The notes: generated by a model from the sequence alone, not told the origin. Positions 54,075 to 62,563 are shown, counted from the first letter of the stretch. The stretch is DNA of 64,000 nucleotides from Kofleriaceae bacterium (GCA_035262925.1 DATFRY010000602.1:3135-67134); one strand, 5' to 3'. Numbers and translations are program-made.

Positions 54075-55808
54075 TCAGCGAGCCGGCTGGCGCCCGCCGC
54101 GCGCGGCCACCGGCCGCTTCTCGCGCAGCGAGATGATCCACTCCGCCACCTCGCGCCGCTCCATGCCGTTGTACTTGTTGTAGAACGTCGGCATCTCGCT
54201 CTTCTCGCCGAACCACCGTGGGTGATCGGGCCGCGCGATGAACTCGGTGAGGACCGCGGCGCTTCCGCGCCCGCCCAGGTTGGGCCCCGTCCCGCCCTCC
54301 TCCTTGCCGTCGATGGAGTGGCAGTTGCTGCAGTCGCCGGCGCCATCGAACAGGGCCTTGCCCCGCTCGACCAGCACCGCGTCGACGTCCTTGGCACCTG
54401 TCTGCGCATAGACGAGCTCGACCAGAGCATCCAGGTCGACCCCGGTCTGCTTGACGGGTTTCATCTCGTTGATGCCCGTCACACCGAAGAAGCGCTTGTC
54501 GCCTGGATTCTGCAAGAAGGCGCGGACCCAGTCGCGCGAGTTGTAGCCGGAGGCGATCTCGGGGCCCTTGCGGGCGCGGCCCTCGTGGCAGCCGGCGCAG
54601 TCGTCGCGCCACACCGCGCGCGCGCGCGCGAACCGCTCGGTCGAGTACACGCTCGTGCCACCTGCCGGCGGCACCCCCTGCTCCAGCGCCAGCGTGCGGG
54701 CCCGCCGCGCCTGCTCCTCGGAGGCCTTCACGCCCTTCTGGTAGCGGTCGTCGCCGCGGTCCTCCATGAACGAGATCACCACGAGCCCGCCGGCCGCCAC
54801 CGCCAGCAGCGCCACCGCGGTCAGCTCCTTCCACCGCCGGCCGGGCGACCGGCTGTCACGCCGGTCGACGAACGGCAGCGCCAGGAGGATGCCGCCCACC
54901 ACCACCGGCGTGCCGAGCGCGACCACCTTCTCCATCGTGCCGCTGAAGTACTTGAGCGCCTGGAACAGCGGCCGGAAGTACCACTCGGGGCGCGCGTCGA
55001 AGGCCGACGCCGGATCGGCCGGCGCATCGAGCTGCACGCCGCGCGTGTAGAGGTTGATGATCACCAGCACCGCGAACACGACCGCCATCGCGACCATGTC
55101 GCGGAACATCTGATCGGGCCAGAACGGCCGCTGGCGCCGCGCCAGCTCCTCGTCCTTGAGCCACCACTGCGGCGTGTGTCCGTGCTTGCGGAACAGCGCC
55201 ACGTGCACTGTCACCAGCAGGACGAGCGTGGCCGGCAGGATGAGGACGTGCAGCGAGAAGAAGCGGGTGAGCGTGAGGTTGCCGTACTCGTTGCCGCCCT
55301 GCACCACCTGCTGCAGCGCGGGGCCGATGACCGGGCTCGAACCGGCGATACCGGTGGCGACCTTGGTCGCCCAGTAGCCGGTCTGGTCCCACGGCAGGAG
55401 GTAGCCGGTCAGCGCGAACGCGAGCAGGAGCCCGAGCATCAGGACGCCGATGATCCAGTTGAGCTCGCGCGGCTTCTTGTACGCGCCGTACAGCGCGGTC
55501 TGCAGGAGGTGCAGCCCGGCGATGATCACCATGGCCGACGCGCCGTGCGAGTGCAGCCCGCGCACGAACCAGCCGAACGTGACCTGGTCCTGGATGTAGG
55601 CCACCGAGGCCCACGCGTCGGTGGCCGACGCGCTGTAGCTCATGGCCAGGAAGATCCCGGTCGTGAACTGCAGGAGGAGGAGGAAGACGAGGATGGAGCC
55701 GAAGACGTAGGCGAACGAGGCGCCGCCCGGAAGCGGCTCGTCGAGCGCGACGTGGAGCACTCCGCGGTAGCCGGTGCGCTCCTCCAGCCAGCTGGCGATG
55801 CGAGACAC
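54075..55808 (-). CDS. cytochrome b (b6 plus subunit-IV-like) fused to a C-terminal dihaem c-type cytochrome domain
   Basis: N-terminal FAYVFGSILVFLLLLQFTTGIFLAM...RGLHSHGASAM...LPWDQTGYWAT. Two CxxCH motifs in the C-terminal third (CAGCHEG, CSNCHSIDG). Confidence 0.9.
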   Translation of the reverse strand: MSRIASWLEERTGYRGVLHVALDEPLPGGASFAYVFGSILVFLLLLQFTTGIFLAMSYSASATDAWASVAYIQDQVTFGWFVRGLHSHGASAMVIIAGLHLLQTALYGAYKKPRELNWIIGVLMLGLLLAFALTGYLLPWDQTGYWATKVATGIAGSSPVIGPALQQVVQGGNEYGNLTLTRFFSLHVLILPATLVLLVTVHVALFRKHGHTPQWWLKDEELARRQRPFWPDQMFRDMVAMAVVFAVLVIINLYTRGVQLDAPADPASAFDARPEWYFRPLFQALKYFSGTMEKVVALGTPVVVGGILLALPFVDRRDSRSPGRRWKELTAVALLAVAAGGLVVISFMEDRGDDRYQKGVKASEEQARRARTLALEQGVPPAGGTSVYSTERFARARAVWRDDCAGCHEGRARKGPEIASGYNSRDWVRAFLQNPGDKRFFGVTGINEMKPVKQTGVDLDALVELVYAQTGAKDVDAVLVERGKALFDGAGDCSNCHSIDGKEEGGTGPNLGGRGSAAVLTEFIARPDHPRWFGEKSEMPTFYNKYNGMERREVAEWIISLREKRPVAARGGRQPAR

Positions 55809-55820
55809 GGGGGCCCCTCT

Positions 55821-56357
55821 CTACACCGGCGTCCGGTCGGGGACGTCGGGACGGAAGCGGACGAAGGTGACCTTGACCCGGCCGCCGGCCACCGCGACCG
55901 GAAGTGGATCCATTCCGCGCTTGGCCGGTCCGGCCTGCTTGACGCCCTCGAGGTTGAAGGCGCTCTTGTGGCACGGGCAGCGGAACACCTTGCCGCCCTC
56001 GTCGTAGCCGACGGCGCAGCCCAGGTGCGGGCACACGGCGGAGAGGGCCGTCACTCGACCCGACTTGTCCTTGCTCAGCCAGGCGCTGCCGACCCCGACC
56101 TTGTCGCGCTTGCCCCAGGCGTCGCGCTGCTCGGCCGCCACGATGGCGACCTGCACCGGCGGGCCGCCCGGCACCAGGGCCGACTCGGCGATGACATCGA
56201 CCGGCTCGGACGCGCTCGACACGACCTTGCGTCCCACCGGGAAGAGCAGGTAGCGAACCAGCGGAACAGCGAAGATGACTCCCACCGCTCCGCCCAGGGC
56301 CAGCGTGGCTCCCTTGAGGAAGCCGCGGCGGTTTTCGCTCGAGCCAGGGTCGGCCAT
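55821..56357 (-). CDS. Rieske [2Fe-2S] subunit of the bc-type complex
   Basis: Tat signal NRRGFLKGATLAL. CPHLGC...CPCHKS cluster-binding boxes. Confidence 0.9.
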   Translation of the reverse strand: MADPGSSENRRGFLKGATLALGGAVGVIFAVPLVRYLLFPVGRKVVSSASEPVDVIAESALVPGGPPVQVAIVAAEQRDAWGKRDKVGVGSAWLSKDKSGRVTALSAVCPHLGCAVGYDEGGKVFRCPCHKSAFNLEGVKQAGPAKRGMDPLPVAVAGGRVKVTFVRFRPDVPDRTPV

Positions 56358-56512
56358 GCGCCATCCTTTCTGCGCCCGGCAGAACCAGCGGGCGGGCGCC
56401 GACCTTACCTCAAGGCAGCGGCGTCAGGTCGGGTCCGCGGCCTGACCGCCTCTGACGCATGCGGCACGCGATCGCCGGGCTGCGAGGCCCGGCGCATCCG
56501 TGCGCCCGCGAC

Positions 56513-56887
56513 CTACCCGTACGCCTTTTCGTCCCGCTCCTGATCCTCCTTGCAGCGGATGCAGAGCTGGGTCTCGGGTCTTGCCTCCAGTCGCTTCTTG
56601 GCGATCGGCTCTCCGCACTCGGTGCAGACGCCGAAACTGCCGTCATCGATCTTCCGCAGCGCCAGTTCGAGCTTGGCCAGGTGGGTCTTCTCGCGGCCGC
56701 GCAGGCGGAACTCGAAGGACTGTAGATATTCGCTCGAGGCCAGGTCCATTTCATCCGGCAGATCGCTCGGATCGAGGACCATGTTGTCGGTCAGGGTCTT
56801 CTTGGCGTTGTCGACGACTGAGCGCCGTTTGGCCTCGAGAAGTTCCCTGAATTTCTTGAGCTCCTTCTTCGTGAGCGGGCTTGCCAC
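56513..56887 (-). CDS. dksA: DksA/TraR family C4 zinc-finger regulator
   Basis: Coiled-coil N-terminus. DEMDLAS acidic tip. CTECGEPIAKKRLEARPETQLCIRC zinc finger. Confidence 0.9.
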   Translation of the reverse strand: MASPLTKKELKKFRELLEAKRRSVVDNAKKTLTDNMVLDPSDLPDEMDLASSEYLQSFEFRLRGREKTHLAKLELALRKIDDGSFGVCTECGEPIAKKRLEARPETQLCIRCKEDQERDEKAYG

Positions 56888-57020
56888 GGGTACCAGTCCC
56901 CTTTCTATGCCACCCCTTCCATGCCCAAAGGGGGCGGAGGAGCATATGGGGACCTCACGCGGATTTCAAGCCTCACATCTCCAGGCCGTCTCGCCCTCCC
57001 AAATCCACGCGGCCCGAGCC

Positions 57021-57049
57021 TTGACGCTTGTGCGCTAACTCAAGAAAAT
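57021..57049 (+). promoter_or_regulatory. candidate sigma-70 promoter TTGACG-N17-GAAAAT
   Basis: The -10 box ends 9 nt before ATG 57059, and no Shine-Dalgarno sequence intervenes. This suggests a leaderless or near-leaderless transcript. Confidence 0.35.
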
Positions 57050-57058
57050 GTGTGTCCC

Positions 57059-57262
57059 ATGGCGGGCTCGGACAAGCGCAAACAAAGTCTCTACTTCCCC
57101 GAGGATATGCTCAAGGAGATCCAGGACGAGGCGGCTCGGCAGGATCGCTCTCTGAGCTGGATCGTCCAGAAGGCGTGGAAAATCGCCAGAAAAGAGATCA
57201 TGAAGTATCCATCGGTGAACGAGTTTCCGGGCGAGGAAGACACCAAGGAGGTCGGGGGCTGA
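57059..57262 (+). CDS. small ribbon-helix-helix (CopG-like) protein
   Basis: MAGSDKRKQSLYFPEDMLKEIQDEAARQDRSLSWIVQKAWKIARKEI has the RHH pattern (beta-strand, then two helices). From memory, it resembles a Myxococcales-restricted small protein family. Confidence 0.65.
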   Translation: MAGSDKRKQSLYFPEDMLKEIQDEAARQDRSLSWIVQKAWKIARKEIMKYPSVNEFPGEEDTKEVGG

Positions 57263-57266
57263 TCCC

Positions 57267-58217
57267 CTGAGCCTGACGGCAAAGCGCGCGTCCTACGCCA
57301 TCTCTCCCGCTGACGGGACCCCGATCTTCTACGAGGTCTTCGAGCCGGCCGCCGAACCGGGCGGGGCTCCAGCAAGCGCGGCGGCGCCTGTCGTCGACAA
57401 TGCCGCGGTCGTCCTGACCGACGGCATCGGCTGCGACGGGTACGTATGGAAGTACCTCTGCAGCGACCTCGCGCGCGATCGCCGGGTCCTGCACTGGCAC
57501 TACCGCGGGCACGGCCGCAGCCCGCTGCCGCGGGATCCGCGCCGCATCGCGATCGGCGACCTGGCCGATGACCTCGCTGCGGTGCTCGCCGACAGCGAGA
57601 CCGAGGCGGCGGTGGTGTGCGGTCACTCGATGGGCGTGCAGGTCGCGCTCGAGACCTACCGGCGACACCCGCGCCGGGTGCGGGGCCTCATGCTGCTGTG
57701 CGGGTCGCCCGAGAACCCGCTGCGCACGTTCCACGGACAGCGCACGCTCGAGGTGCTCTTGCCGCGCGTGCGCGGCGCGGTCGAGCGCGCGCCGCGACTC
57801 ATCAACCAGGCGGCGCGCCTGCTCCTGCCCACGCGCCTCGCGTTCCGGCTCGCCGCGCGCTTCGAGGTCAACGCCGATCTCATCCAGGCGACCGACTTCA
57901 TGCCGTACCTGCGCGGGCTGTCGCGCATCGAGATGCCGTTCTTTCTGTCGATGCTCGCGGCGGCGGGCGAGCACTCGGCGACCGATCTCCTCCCCGAGGT
58001 GGCGGTGCCGACGCTGGTCGTGGCTGGCGAGAGGGACGGCTTCACGCCGCCGGAGCTGAGCCGCGCGATGGCGGCGGCGATCCCGGGCGCCGAGCTGTGC
58101 GAGATCGCGGGCGGCTCGCACACGGCGCCGCTCGAGCGGCCGGACCTGGTCGGCCGGACGGTGAGAGACTTTCTCGCGCGGGGGGTCGACTGCCGGCGGG
58201 CGGCCTCGTGCGCGTGA
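57267..58217 (+). CDS. alpha/beta hydrolase (start codon unresolved)
   Basis: The frame is open from 57219. It contains SPADGTPIFYEVFEP...VVLTDGIGCDG...HWHYRGHGRS...VVCGHSMGV (GxSxG)...GERDGFTP...GGSHTAPLE. The first ATG/GTG/TTG in frame is 57582, just before the nucleophile elbow. CTG 57267 is used as a provisional start. Confidence 0.6.
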   Translation: MSLTAKRASYAISPADGTPIFYEVFEPAAEPGGAPASAAAPVVDNAAVVLTDGIGCDGYVWKYLCSDLARDRRVLHWHYRGHGRSPLPRDPRRIAIGDLADDLAAVLADSETEAAVVCGHSMGVQVALETYRRHPRRVRGLMLLCGSPENPLRTFHGQRTLEVLLPRVRGAVERAPRLINQAARLLLPTRLAFRLAARFEVNADLIQATDFMPYLRGLSRIEMPFFLSMLAAAGEHSATDLLPEVAVPTLVVAGERDGFTPPELSRAMAAAIPGAELCEIAGGSHTAPLERPDLVGRTVRDFLARGVDCRRAASCA

Positions 58218-58780
58218 GCGCGCGGCGCTCGCCGCTCCGGTGAGGTGCGCGGCCTGGTCTGTCGCGCGTCGGGCGCAAGCTCTCAACGACGTGACGCGAG
58301 TGCAGCGTCGCCATTCGCGATCGCTCTCGCTCTCGGCTCGGCCGCGCGCGCGAGAGGCGCGACGCGTCGCGAGAGCGAGATGCGAGGCGGCGAGACGCGA
58401 GACGCGTCGCGCGAGACGATCTCCTGATCGCTCTGCGCACCTCGATGCCTTCCGCGTCGGTACAGGGGCAGGTGAAGGACGAGGAGCGCTTGCACCGTAC
58501 CAGTACGTGTGCTCGGCAGATCCACCGGTGCGCGAGGGGTGCTGACTAACCCCTGGAGGCGCGTGCGGAAGGGGCACTCCCGGGGCGTGCAACACCTGTT
58601 CGAACTGTATTCACGATCGCGTCCCGAACCCCGCAGAGATGCCCTTCAAAGACCATGAAATGAAAACTCCGCCGTTCAAAAAATCCATTTTATCCTCTCG
58701 CCAAGCAAGATCGTTTGGGGCAAGGTTGCTGCCCGCGAAGGCGCCCAATCAGGGCCAAGTCGAACGAGGCCAAACGTTTC

Positions 58781-58796
58781 TGGCGCCCGGCTTGCC
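58781..58796 (+). promoter_or_regulatory. sigma-54 (-24/-12) promoter TGGCGCCCGGCTTGCC
   Basis: Matches TGGCAC-N5-TTGC(A/T), with the GG and GC dinucleotides at the canonical 10-nt spacing. The GC lies ~32 nt upstream of ATG 58827. Confidence 0.6.
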
Positions 58797-58826
58797 ACAC
58801 TCTTTTCGAAGAGGACCGCATACCGC

Positions 58827-59225
58827 ATGACACGACCCGCACTACGTCGCATCAACGACGAAGACAGTGATGGCCTGGTTGCTCTGCCGCCCGTGGCTGT
58901 CGTCCGCCAGAGGCTCCGCATCACGGTGAAGGAGTTTGCTCACGCTGCCCCGGGGCGACGCGCTGCTGCACTCGCCGCCGTGTGGATCGCCGCCACCGGC
59001 TGCGAAGCCGATCTCTCTGGCTATGACGGAGAGGATGCCCTGCGCACCTATCGGCTCGCCGAGTCCGAGCTGCGCGCGGAGCTCCGCTTGACCATGGCTC
59101 GGGCCATCAACAATGAACCTCACCCCGATACCCGGGAGTCGATGGTCCACATGCTCGAGCGCCTCGAGGAGCTGGAGCAGGCGGCAGTGGCGCCCAAGCC
59201 GCAGCGCCGCCGGCGCCGCCGCTAG
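58827..59225 (+). CDS. hypothetical protein (132 aa, poly-Arg C-terminus)
   Basis: ORF 58827..59225, flanked by the sigma-54 promoter and a strong intrinsic terminator. Many A/T-ending codons compared with neighbouring genes. Confidence 0.55.
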   Translation: MTRPALRRINDEDSDGLVALPPVAVVRQRLRITVKEFAHAAPGRRAAALAAVWIAATGCEADLSGYDGEDALRTYRLAESELRAELRLTMARAINNEPHPDTRESMVHMLERLEELEQAAVAPKPQRRRRRR

Positions 59226-59252
59226 CTCGGATCAGCGATCCTCCGTCCCGGC

Positions 59253-59291
59253 ACGGCCGCTCGCCTCGATGCGAGTGGCCGTCTTGATTTT
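59253..59291 (+). terminator. Rho-independent terminator
   Basis: ACGGCCGCTCGC-ctcgat-GCGAGTGGCCGT (12-bp stem with one G-U pair), followed by CTTGATTTTC. It starts 28 nt after the 59225 stop. Confidence 0.6.
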
Positions 59292-59341
59292 CGGCTCCGG
59301 TCGATCTCCCGCCCGACTCACCCTTCCGCGCGGAGAGCGCT

Positions 59342-61237
59342 TCACTCGGGCGAGCAGAGCGCCCAGCCGCAGCCCGGGCACACGGCGCACAGCCCGTCGC
59401 CGCGCAGCGGCGAGCCGCACTCGGGGCAGAGCTCGCCCGAGCTCGCGGCCTCGTCCACGGCCGCCTGGCCGAACGACAGGACCTGCGCGGCGCGGCTCTG
59501 ATCGCGGTACACGGTCACGCCCTTGCAGCCGAGCTCGTGCGCGAGCCGGTAGATCCGCTCCACGTCCTCCGGCGTGGCGGACGCCGGCAGGTTGACCGTC
59601 TTCGACACCGCCGAATGCGAGTGGCGCTGGAAGGCGGACTGCATCCTGACGTGCAGCTCGGGCGGCACGTCGTGAGCGGTGGCGAACAGCTCCTGCGTGT
59701 CGGGCGGGATCGGCGGGTCGGGCGGCGCGATCACCAGGCCGCGCGCGCGGCCCTGCTCCGACAGCGCGGCGGCCAGCGCGTCCGACCAGAAGCCGCGCTC
59801 CTCGGCCACGCGGCGGAAGGCCGGATGGACCTCGACCAGCCGATCGCCGTCGAGCACGCGGCGCACCAGCGACAGCGCGTAGAGCGGCTCGATGCCCGAC
59901 GAGCAGCCGGCGATGATGCTGATGGTGCCGGTCGGCGCCACCGTCGTGGTGGTGGCGTTGCGCAGCGGCGGATGCCCGGCCTCGGCCCACCGGCTGGTCG
60001 CGAAGCGGGCGAAGGGCCCGCGCGCGGCGGCCAGCTCGGCCGACGCGGCCAGCGACTCGCGCTCGACGAAGGCGGCCACCTCTCCGCCCAGCGCCAGCGC
60101 CTCGTCGCTGTCGTAGCGCACGCCGAGCGCGATGAGCAGATCGGCGAAGCCCATCACGCCGAGCCCGATCTTGCGGTGCGCGCGGGTCACCGCCTCGATC
60201 TGCGGCAGCGGGTAGGAGTTGACGTCGATGACGTTGTCGAGGAAGTGCACGCCGTCGCGCACGGCCCGCCCCAGCGCCGGCCAGTCGACCGCGCCGCCGG
60301 GGGCGAAGCGGGCCAGGTTGACGCTGCCGAGCACGCACGACTCGAACGGGAGGAGCGGCTGCTCGCCGCATGGATTGGTCGCCTCGATGGCGCCCGCCCC
60401 GGGGATCGGGTTGCCCTGTTCGATGCGGTCGAGGAAGAGGACGCCGGGATCGCCGCTCCGCCACGCGGCCGTCGCGATGGTGCGGAGCAGGCGGCGCGCG
60501 TCCAGCTTGCGCTCGGAGCGGCCGGTGCGCGGGTTGACCAGCTCGACCTCGCCCCCGCGCGCCGCGGCGTCCATGAACGCGTCGGTGACTGCGACCGAGA
60601 GGTTGAAGTTGGTGAGCCGCGCAGGGTCGAGCTTGGCGGTGGCGAACTCGAGGATGTCGGGGTGGTCGATGCGGAGGACGCCCATGTTGGCGCCGCGGCG
60701 CGCCCCGCCCTGCTTGACCGCGTCGGTCGAGGCGTTGAAGACGTCGAGGAACGCGAGCGGGCCGGACGCGGTGCCGCCGGTGGAGGCGACCCGATCGCCC
60801 GAGGGGCGCAGGCGCGAGAAGGCGAACCCGGTGCCGCCGCCGGTCCTCTGGATCTCGGCCGCCCACTTGATGGCGTCGAAGATCTCGGGCATCGAGTCGC
60901 CGACCGGCACCACGAAGCAGGCGGCGAGCTGGCCGCGCGGCCGCCCCGCGTTCATGAGCGTGGGCGAGTTGGGCACGAACTCGAGGCTCGCCATGCGGCG
61001 GTAGAAGCGCTCCTCGGTCGCGGCCACCTGCGCGGGGGTCGCGCCGTAGCGCGCGTCGGCCGACGCGACCGCGGCGGCCACGCGGCGGAAGAGCTGGGCC
61101 GGGGTCTCCACCACCTGGCCGGTCTCGTCGCGGCGCAGATAGCGGCGGCGCAGGACGGCCCAGGCGCTGTCGGTCAGCGCGATGTCGCCCGCCTCCCCGC
61201 TGCCGCTGGCACCGCGCACGTCCGCCTGCCGGCTCAT
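59342..61237 (-). CDS. nrdJ: adenosylcobalamin-dependent (class II) ribonucleotide reductase
   Basis: FVPNSPTLMNAG, ACFV, TNPCGEQPL, VAPTGTISIIAG and SKTVNLP motifs. C-terminal Cys cluster CPECGSPLRGDGLCAVCPGCGW. Confidence 0.9.
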   Translation of the reverse strand: MSRQADVRGASGSGEAGDIALTDSAWAVLRRRYLRRDETGQVVETPAQLFRRVAAAVASADARYGATPAQVAATEERFYRRMASLEFVPNSPTLMNAGRPRGQLAACFVVPVGDSMPEIFDAIKWAAEIQRTGGGTGFAFSRLRPSGDRVASTGGTASGPLAFLDVFNASTDAVKQGGARRGANMGVLRIDHPDILEFATAKLDPARLTNFNLSVAVTDAFMDAAARGGEVELVNPRTGRSERKLDARRLLRTIATAAWRSGDPGVLFLDRIEQGNPIPGAGAIEATNPCGEQPLLPFESCVLGSVNLARFAPGGAVDWPALGRAVRDGVHFLDNVIDVNSYPLPQIEAVTRAHRKIGLGVMGFADLLIALGVRYDSDEALALGGEVAAFVERESLAASAELAAARGPFARFATSRWAEAGHPPLRNATTTTVAPTGTISIIAGCSSGIEPLYALSLVRRVLDGDRLVEVHPAFRRVAEERGFWSDALAAALSEQGRARGLVIAPPDPPIPPDTQELFATAHDVPPELHVRMQSAFQRHSHSAVSKTVNLPASATPEDVERIYRLAHELGCKGVTVYRDQSRAAQVLSFGQAAVDEAASSGELCPECGSPLRGDGLCAVCPGCGWALCSPE

Positions 61238-61339
61238 GTCGGGAGAGTAGCCGGACCGATGCTCCGATCAAGGCAGGCCCCGCCCGAGGGATCGCCCCGA
61301 CGATCGGCCCGAAGGATCTCCGAGCGGAAGGACCTGCCG

Positions 61340-62563
61340 TCAGCGGCCCGACGCTTGCCGGCCCCGCCGGATGACCGCGTCGATGGTGACCGCGGTCAAG
61401 AGCACCGCCCCGGTGATCATGAACTTGATCGACGACTGCAGGGACAGGAGGTCCATGCCGTTCGAGATCGACTGGATGACGATGATGCCGAGCAGCGCGG
61501 CCCACACGCTGCCTCGCCCGCCGAAAAGGCTCGTGCCGCCGATGACCGCGGCGGCGATCGCGTTGAGCAGCACGTCCCCCTGCCCGGCCGACTGGTTGAC
61601 CGCGCGCAGGCGCGACGCGCCCAGGATCCCGCCCCACGCGGCCAGCGTGGACGCGATGACGAACACCATCACGCGCACGCGCTGGACCGGGATGCCGGCC
61701 CGCCGCGCGGCCTCGGCGTTGCCGCCGATGGCGAAGATCATGCGGCCGAAGCGGGTGCGGCGCAGGACGTAGTCCATCACCACCACGAGGCCGACCAGGA
61801 AGATGAGGCCAAGGCCGATGCCGCGGTCGGCGTTGAGCTTGGCGACCGCCGCGCCCACCACGACGGACAGGATCGCGGCCCGCACGACGACGAACAGGAG
61901 GGGCTGGACGGCGAGCCCGGCCGCCCGCCGGCGCAGCTGCGTGACGAGCGGCCCGCCCGCGACGTAGGCGAGGAACAGGAGCGCCACCACGTAGGCCTTC
62001 GGGCCCTTGATGTACGTGCCGGCCAGCCCGACGATGAACCGATCGTTGAGGTTGATGGTGCCGGTGCGGCCCAGGACGTAGAGCAGCGCGCCCTGCCACC
62101 CGATGAGGCCGGCCAGGGTGACCACGAACGACGGGATGCCGAAGCGCGTGATCCACACGCCCTGCAGCAGGCCGACCGCCGTGCCGGCCAGGATGCCGGC
62201 CACGACGGCCGACTCCGCCGACCAGCCCTTCTGCACGGTCAGGACCGCCATGACCGAGGCGCACAGGCCGCTGACGATGCCGACCGACAGATCGATCTCG
62301 CCCAGCAGCAGGACCAGCACGACCCCGACCGAGATGGTGCCGACCGCCGCCATCTGGATGGTCAGGTTGACCAGGTTGAAGGACGTCCAGAAGGTGCCGC
62401 CGGTGGCCTTGTAGAAGACGCCCCAGATGACGACGAGCCCGACGATGACCGGCAGCTGGCCGATGTCCCCTTCGCGCAGGCGGCGGCCGTAATCGGCGAG
62501 CAGGCCCTTGAAGCCGCGCTGCTCCAGGATGACGCGCGGATCGCGCTCGAGCGTGCTGCTCAT
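61340..62563 (-). CDS. sugar ABC transporter permease (xylose/ribose-type)
   Basis: ATG 62563 (MSSTLERDPRVILEQ) overlaps the ATPase stop (ATGA). 407 aa, about 10-12 TM segments, and FAIGGNAEAARRAGI is typical of this family. Confidence 0.85.
   Translation of the reverse strand: MSSTLERDPRVILEQRGFKGLLADYGRRLREGDIGQLPVIVGLVVIWGVFYKATGGTFWTSFNLVNLTIQMAAVGTISVGVVLVLLLGEIDLSVGIVSGLCASVMAVLTVQKGWSAESAVVAGILAGTAVGLLQGVWITRFGIPSFVVTLAGLIGWQGALLYVLGRTGTINLNDRFIVGLAGTYIKGPKAYVVALLFLAYVAGGPLVTQLRRRAAGLAVQPLLFVVVRAAILSVVVGAAVAKLNADRGIGLGLIFLVGLVVVMDYVLRRTRFGRMIFAIGGNAEAARRAGIPVQRVRVMVFVIASTLAAWGGILGASRLRAVNQSAGQGDVLLNAIAAAVIGGTSLFGGRGSVWAALLGIIVIQSISNGMDLLSLQSSIKFMITGAVLLTAVTIDAVIRRGRQASGR

Noticed and set aside
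50066-56543. ORFs 50066..51724(+), 51469..52887(-), 51798..53408(+), 53631..56543(+) and 54856..56364(-).
   Set aside because: These are shadows of the HEAT, porin, cytochrome b and Rieske genes, again R/A/G/P-rich and without motifs.
57028-57375. ORFs 57028..57270(+) and 57091..57375(-) in the RHH region.
   Set aside because: They overlap the RHH frame, which has a clear beta-alpha-alpha pattern, and their translations are Arg/Gly/Ser-rich with no features.
58316-58416. A repetitive CGCGAG block as a possible CRISPR or tandem-repeat array.
   Set aside because: There is no regular repeat-spacer periodicity, only two 11-bp repeat copies, and no cas genes in the window. It is better described as a palindromic low-complexity region.
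58598-58605. A GTTCGAAC string resembling a tRNA T-loop, or a collapsed half of the IclR operator.
   Set aside because: The flanking bases do not form a T-stem, acceptor stem or anticodon arm, and the rest of the operator motif is absent. No tRNA can be folded anywhere in the window's intergenic regions.
61238-61339. A cobalamin riboswitch or NrdR box upstream of nrdJ.
   Set aside because: Only about 100 nt are available. I see no B12-box-like core and no AT-rich NrdR palindrome. Class II RNR uses B12 as a cofactor and need not be B12-repressed.
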